From Desulfuromonadales bacterium (GTDB taxonomy: Bacteria > Desulfobacterota > Desulfuromonadia > Geobacterales > Pseudopelobacteraceae), in NCBI GenBank assembly GCA_013377095.1, contig JACAAY010000094.1:1-19805 (forward strand): 19,805 nucleotides of DNA, read 5' to 3'. Position 1 is the first letter of the stretch; every line of letters starts with the position of its first letter. This document shows positions 16,985 through 19,805 of the stretch, one piece after another. Below the pieces are notes generated by a model. That model did not search any database, was not told where the DNA came from, and worked only from the letters and a program-made list of their open reading frames with translations. The position numbers were made by a program, and so were the translations under genes.

Positions 16985-17107
16985 ACGCTTATTCTGGTTA
17001 GTGTGAGAATTGGTAATATACATGTCAAATGTAGTTGCCAAATTGGTTATAGGTGGCTTCACGTATCTGGCAATTATCGTCTGGTGATGGCCAAAGTTTG
17101 GGCGAAA
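16985..17107 (+). repeat. copy B of ~120-bp imperfect direct repeat; carries a truncated copy (21-codon micro-ORF 17042-17107) of the 15151-15423 gene
   Basis: An in-frame TGA upstream of the ATG at 17042 breaks the longer reading frame. The micro-ORF MSNVVAKLVIGGFTYLAIIVW parallels MANVLAKLVVDSFRYLAIIIRGW. Confidence 0.45.
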
Positions 17108-17244
17108 GCGGTGTGCCTGGTGTCTATCCTGTCTGGGAGAACGGTGACAAGCGGGTCTCCCTGAATGCTTTTTCCCGTGTTTGTAACTCATGTCACAAAA
17201 ATGACCGAACTGATGTGCAACAATCAACATAACTGAAGTCCTTT

Positions 17245-17284
17245 GCCCCGTATGCGCCCCTCCTGCATATGGGGCGTTTTTTTT
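17245..17284 (+). terminator. strong rho-independent terminator with no annotated upstream gene
   Basis: GCCCCGTATGCgcccctcctGCATATGGGGC gives an 11-bp stem with one mismatch, followed by TTTTTTTT. It is specific to the plus strand. Confidence 0.65.
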
Positions 17285-17520
17285 GCAGCCCCTGAAACCT
17301 TTTGGAATCGTGACGACTGGCGGCGAACTGGTCCGTCCGAGATATTCTGAAATTGTGCATCACGATCAACATATCTATGCTTACCTATGCCCCTCTTTCT
17401 CCTCCTCCCGCATTCTTTTTTTGTCCACAACATGTTCCCTGAAACGCTTATCCAGAGCTTCAAATCATAGCGGCGAGAGCTTCCCTGTTTCGATTGCCAG
17501 GTCGACGCTGGTTTCCAAGC

Positions 17521-17577
17521 TGTGACATGACACACACGCTGTGTGACATGTCACAGTTCCGGCTGTGACATGTCACA
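17521..17577. promoter_or_regulatory. three phased copies of the 14-bp palindrome TGTGACATGTCACA (putative operator/enhancer array)
   Basis: Copies lie at 17521-17534 (TGTGACATGACACA, one mismatch), 17542-17555 (perfect) and 17564-17577 (perfect). Spacing is 21-22 bp, or two helical turns. The array is about 180 bp upstream of cheW. Confidence 0.45.
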
Positions 17578-17690
17578 CTATCCATCCTGCACTGAAATCC
17601 CCAACAGGTCTCCTCCCTGAATCATACTCGATGTCTAAACTGCCTGTTTGCGGGATGTTGGTACTGTCATGGGGGTCGTAATCTGCTTCT

Positions 17691-17706
17691 TGGCACAATT
17701 GTTGTA
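17691..17706 (+). promoter_or_regulatory. sigma-54-like -24/-12 element (TGGCAC-N5-TTGT)
   Basis: cTTGGCACaattgTTGTa has GG at -24 with correct spacing, but GT replaces the consensus GC at -12. It sits about 55 nt upstream of the cheW start. Confidence 0.3.
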
Positions 17707-17759
17707 CTCATTAAAATCGCAATGCCCATGAAACTATGAAACTGAAAGGAGTGATGACG

Positions 17760-18275
17760 ATGGGCGAAGAGTTGCTGGCAACCCAGTATCTCACGTTTGT
17801 TCTTGATGATGAGGTGTTTGCGGTGGATGTGGCCCGAGTTCGTGAAATTCTGGAATACACATGCGTCACGCGGGTTCCGAAGACACAGACATACATGAGG
17901 GGAGTGATCAACCTGCGTGGCAGTGTTGTGCCCGTTGTGGATTTGCGGTTACTTTTCGGCCTGCCCGAGGCGGATACGACCGTTGATACCTGCATCATTG
18001 TCATGGAAATCGTATCTGATGGTTCGGCCTTTGTTATGGGCGCGCTTACAGATTCGGTGCGCGAGGTGCTGGAACTCGATCCCGGCCAGATAGAGGCTGT
18101 TCCCAAGGTCGGCTCGAGGATCAATACCGATTTCATCAACGGCATGGGAAATCATAACAATGAATTCATCATCATACTCAATGTCGACAAGATGATGCAG
18201 GATGAGGCTACACACTCGATAGAGAAAACGGCTGGTACGGGGGCTTCCTCCTCACACGCCGAACTGACACAATAG
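17760..18275 (+). CDS. cheW: chemotaxis coupling protein CheW
   Basis: QYLTFVLDDEVFAVDVARVREIL…IRGVINLRGSVVPVVDLR is a classic CheW signature. AAGGAG lies 8 nt upstream of the ATG at 17760. Earlier in-frame ATGs at 17736 and 17754 are poorly spaced from the RBS. Confidence 0.88.
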   Translation: MGEELLATQYLTFVLDDEVFAVDVARVREILEYTCVTRVPKTQTYMRGVINLRGSVVPVVDLRLLFGLPEADTTVDTCIIVMEIVSDGSAFVMGALTDSVREVLELDPGQIEAVPKVGSRINTDFINGMGNHNNEFIIILNVDKMMQDEATHSIEKTAGTGASSSHAELTQ

Positions 18276-18310
18276 ACACGGAAAAATAACAGGTAAAGGA
18301 GAACACTCGG

Positions 18311-19805
18311 ATGTTCAAGGACACGGGGCTGAAAAAGATGCTGATGAGCGGGTTCGTCTCAATGGCGCTTATTGGCGGAGTAATTGGTGGTATCGGGGTT
18401 AAACTGACGGCTGGAACACAGGGCTCAACCGCCAGTGGCGCAACAATGTTCATGCTGGCGATATTGGCGGCCTGCGTAGTGCTGGCCATCGGACTCGGCA
18501 ACAAGATCATCGGCGCTGTGATGAGCCAGCTTGGCGCTGAAACCAAAGAGGTTGCGCAAATTGCGAATATGGTTGCGGCGGGCGACCTGAGCCGCGAAAT
18601 AAATCTGGCTCCCGGTGACACCACCAGCGTCATGGCTGCCATGTATAAAATGATCGAAGCCGTGCGCAGACTGGCGGCAGATGCCGCGTCACTGTCCGAA
18701 GCCGCCATTGCAGGCAAGCTTGCCGTACGCGCCGATACCGTCAAACACGTCGGGGAATTCAAAAAAATCATCGAAGGGTTTAACGGCACGCTCGATGCGA
18801 TGGTTGAGCCGATTCACGATGCGGCAAAACATATTGATGAATTGAGTCGTGGTGAAATTTTCGATGAAATAACGACTGGTTATCAGGGTGATTTTGGAGA
18901 ACTGCGTGAAAGTCTCAACCGCTGCAAGCATGCCAATGAAGCGTTGCGTGCAGATATCCGGACAATGTGCATTGCCTCCTACGAGGGGCATCTTGATACC
19001 CGTGTTGACCCGGAAAAACACCAGGGCTTCTTTGCCAGGGCCGTTGGCGGCTTGAATAATCTTTTTGAAAACTTTACGGCGCCTTTGAAGGTGACAACCG
19101 ATTACATCGAAAAAATCAGTCACGGTGAAGTGCCGGAAGCGATCACTGAAGAGTATCGCGGCGATTACAACCAGATCAAACAGAGCATCAACCGCTGTAT
19201 CGATGGTCTCGGTGGCCTTGTGGAAGCAAACAGCGTGCTGCAGAAGATGGCAGTCAATGACCACTCACACAAGGTTGAAGGACAGTATGTGGGGATCTAT
19301 GCCGAAGTCGGTCGGGCTGTCAATGACGTCAGGGACAGGGTTGTGCGCGTTGCCGGTACTGCCAGCAATATTGCTCGCGGCGACATGAGCGATCTGGAAC
19401 TGTACAAGGCGATCGGCGACGGCAAGGGACGACGCTGTGAGAACGATACCCTGGTTCCGAATTTTATCCGCATGATGGAAGCCATCAATGCCCTGGTAAG
19501 CGACGCAAATATGCTGTCCGAAGCGGCCACCCATGGCAACTTCGACACCCGCGCAGATGAGAGCAGGCATCAGGGTGATTTCCGCAAAATCGTGGCCGGC
19601 GTCAATGCCACCCTGGATACGGTTGTGGACAAGGTGGTCTGGTACGAGGCCATCATCGACGCGGTGCCGTTCCCGATCCACGTCATAGACATGGATATGA
19701 ACTGGACCATGCTGAATAAGGCCTTTGAAAAGCTGATGGTGGATACCGGTATCGTTCCCGACCGTTCGGCGGCCGTGGGCAAGCCGTGCAGCAGTGCCGC
19801 GGCAA
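18311..19805 (+). CDS. methyl-accepting chemotaxis/sensory transducer protein, 5' partial (runs off window): 2 TM, repeated HAMP-like cytoplasmic modules, then start of a PAS-like domain
   Basis: AAAGGAGAA RBS is present. The N-terminus has two hydrophobic segments with a short loop. About four ~90-aa modules recur (…GHLDTRVDPEKHQGFF…GNFDTRADESRHQGDF…NATLDTV…). The sequence WYEAIIDAVPFPIHVIDMDMNWTMLNKAFEKL follows, and there is no stop before nt 19805. Confidence 0.85.
   Translation, partial: MFKDTGLKKMLMSGFVSMALIGGVIGGIGVKLTAGTQGSTASGATMFMLAILAACVVLAIGLGNKIIGAVMSQLGAETKEVAQIANMVAAGDLSREINLAPGDTTSVMAAMYKMIEAVRRLAADAASLSEAAIAGKLAVRADTVKHVGEFKKIIEGFNGTLDAMVEPIHDAAKHIDELSRGEIFDEITTGYQGDFGELRESLNRCKHANEALRADIRTMCIASYEGHLDTRVDPEKHQGFFARAVGGLNNLFENFTAPLKVTTDYIEKISHGEVPEAITEEYRGDYNQIKQSINRCIDGLGGLVEANSVLQKMAVNDHSHKVEGQYVGIYAEVGRAVNDVRDRVVRVAGTASNIARGDMSDLELYKAIGDGKGRRCENDTLVPNFIRMMEAINALVSDANMLSEAATHGNFDTRADESRHQGDFRKIVAGVNATLDTVVDKVVWYEAIIDAVPFPIHVIDMDMNWTMLNKAFEKLMVDTGIVPDRSAAVGKPCSSAAA

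Noticed and set aside
17224-17535. 103-aa minus ORF and 80-aa plus ORF spanning the terminator and palindrome region
   Set aside because: They run through a strong intrinsic terminator and the palindromic operator array. They have an odd composition and no RBS, so the region is more likely regulatory DNA.
18208-19681. Three consecutive minus-strand ORFs (193, 191 and 138 aa) at the right end
   Set aside because: They are antisense to the plus-strand MCP reading frame. That frame has an excellent RBS and recognisable transducer modules, and is open to the window edge. Because it has no stop it was missed by the ORF track.
1-19805. CRISPR arrays, rRNA, IS/transposase or integrase genes
   Set aside because: No short regularly spaced repeats were found. 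No transposase or integrase motifs were found in any frame. No rRNA-like conserved stretches were found. The only repeats seen are the protein-internal 222-bp array, the 35-bp GxxExxY flanks, the ~120-bp micro-ORF duplication and the palindrome triplet.

Overview
The window is a compositional mosaic that looks like a high-GC deltaproteobacterial chromosome carrying several low-GC patches. Positions 1..~3060 are an AT-rich, foreign-looking cassette of four co-directional genes: a partial Zn-ribbon protein, a small unknown protein, a coiled-coil HNH nuclease and a protein with an Rx4H (HEPN-like) motif. This cassette is my best candidate for an undescribed defence or abortive-infection module. 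The host sequence then carries an 840-aa flotillin/SPFH protein whose N-terminal half is five tandem 222-bp (74-aa) repeats. A GxxExxY gene (PD-(D/E)XK-like family) follows, bracketed by 35-bp direct repeats. Further on come a secreted DUF-like protein, a ferritin-like diiron protein, a divergent alpha/beta hydrolase, recB and recD (translationally coupled, with no recC adjacent) and a convergent rubrerythrin. A second low-GC patch (~15100..17700) holds divergent tRNA-Ala(GGC) and tRNA-Leu(CAA) genes with their own terminators, small ORFs, a duplicated ~120-bp segment encoding a hydrophobic micro-protein, and an orphan terminator. Upstream of a cheW–MCP chemotaxis operon (the MCP runs off the window) sit three phased TGTGACATGTCACA palindromes and a sigma-54-like -24/-12 element. 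Long minus-strand ORFs opposite the high-GC genes are composition artefacts. No CRISPR, rRNA or obvious transposase was seen.
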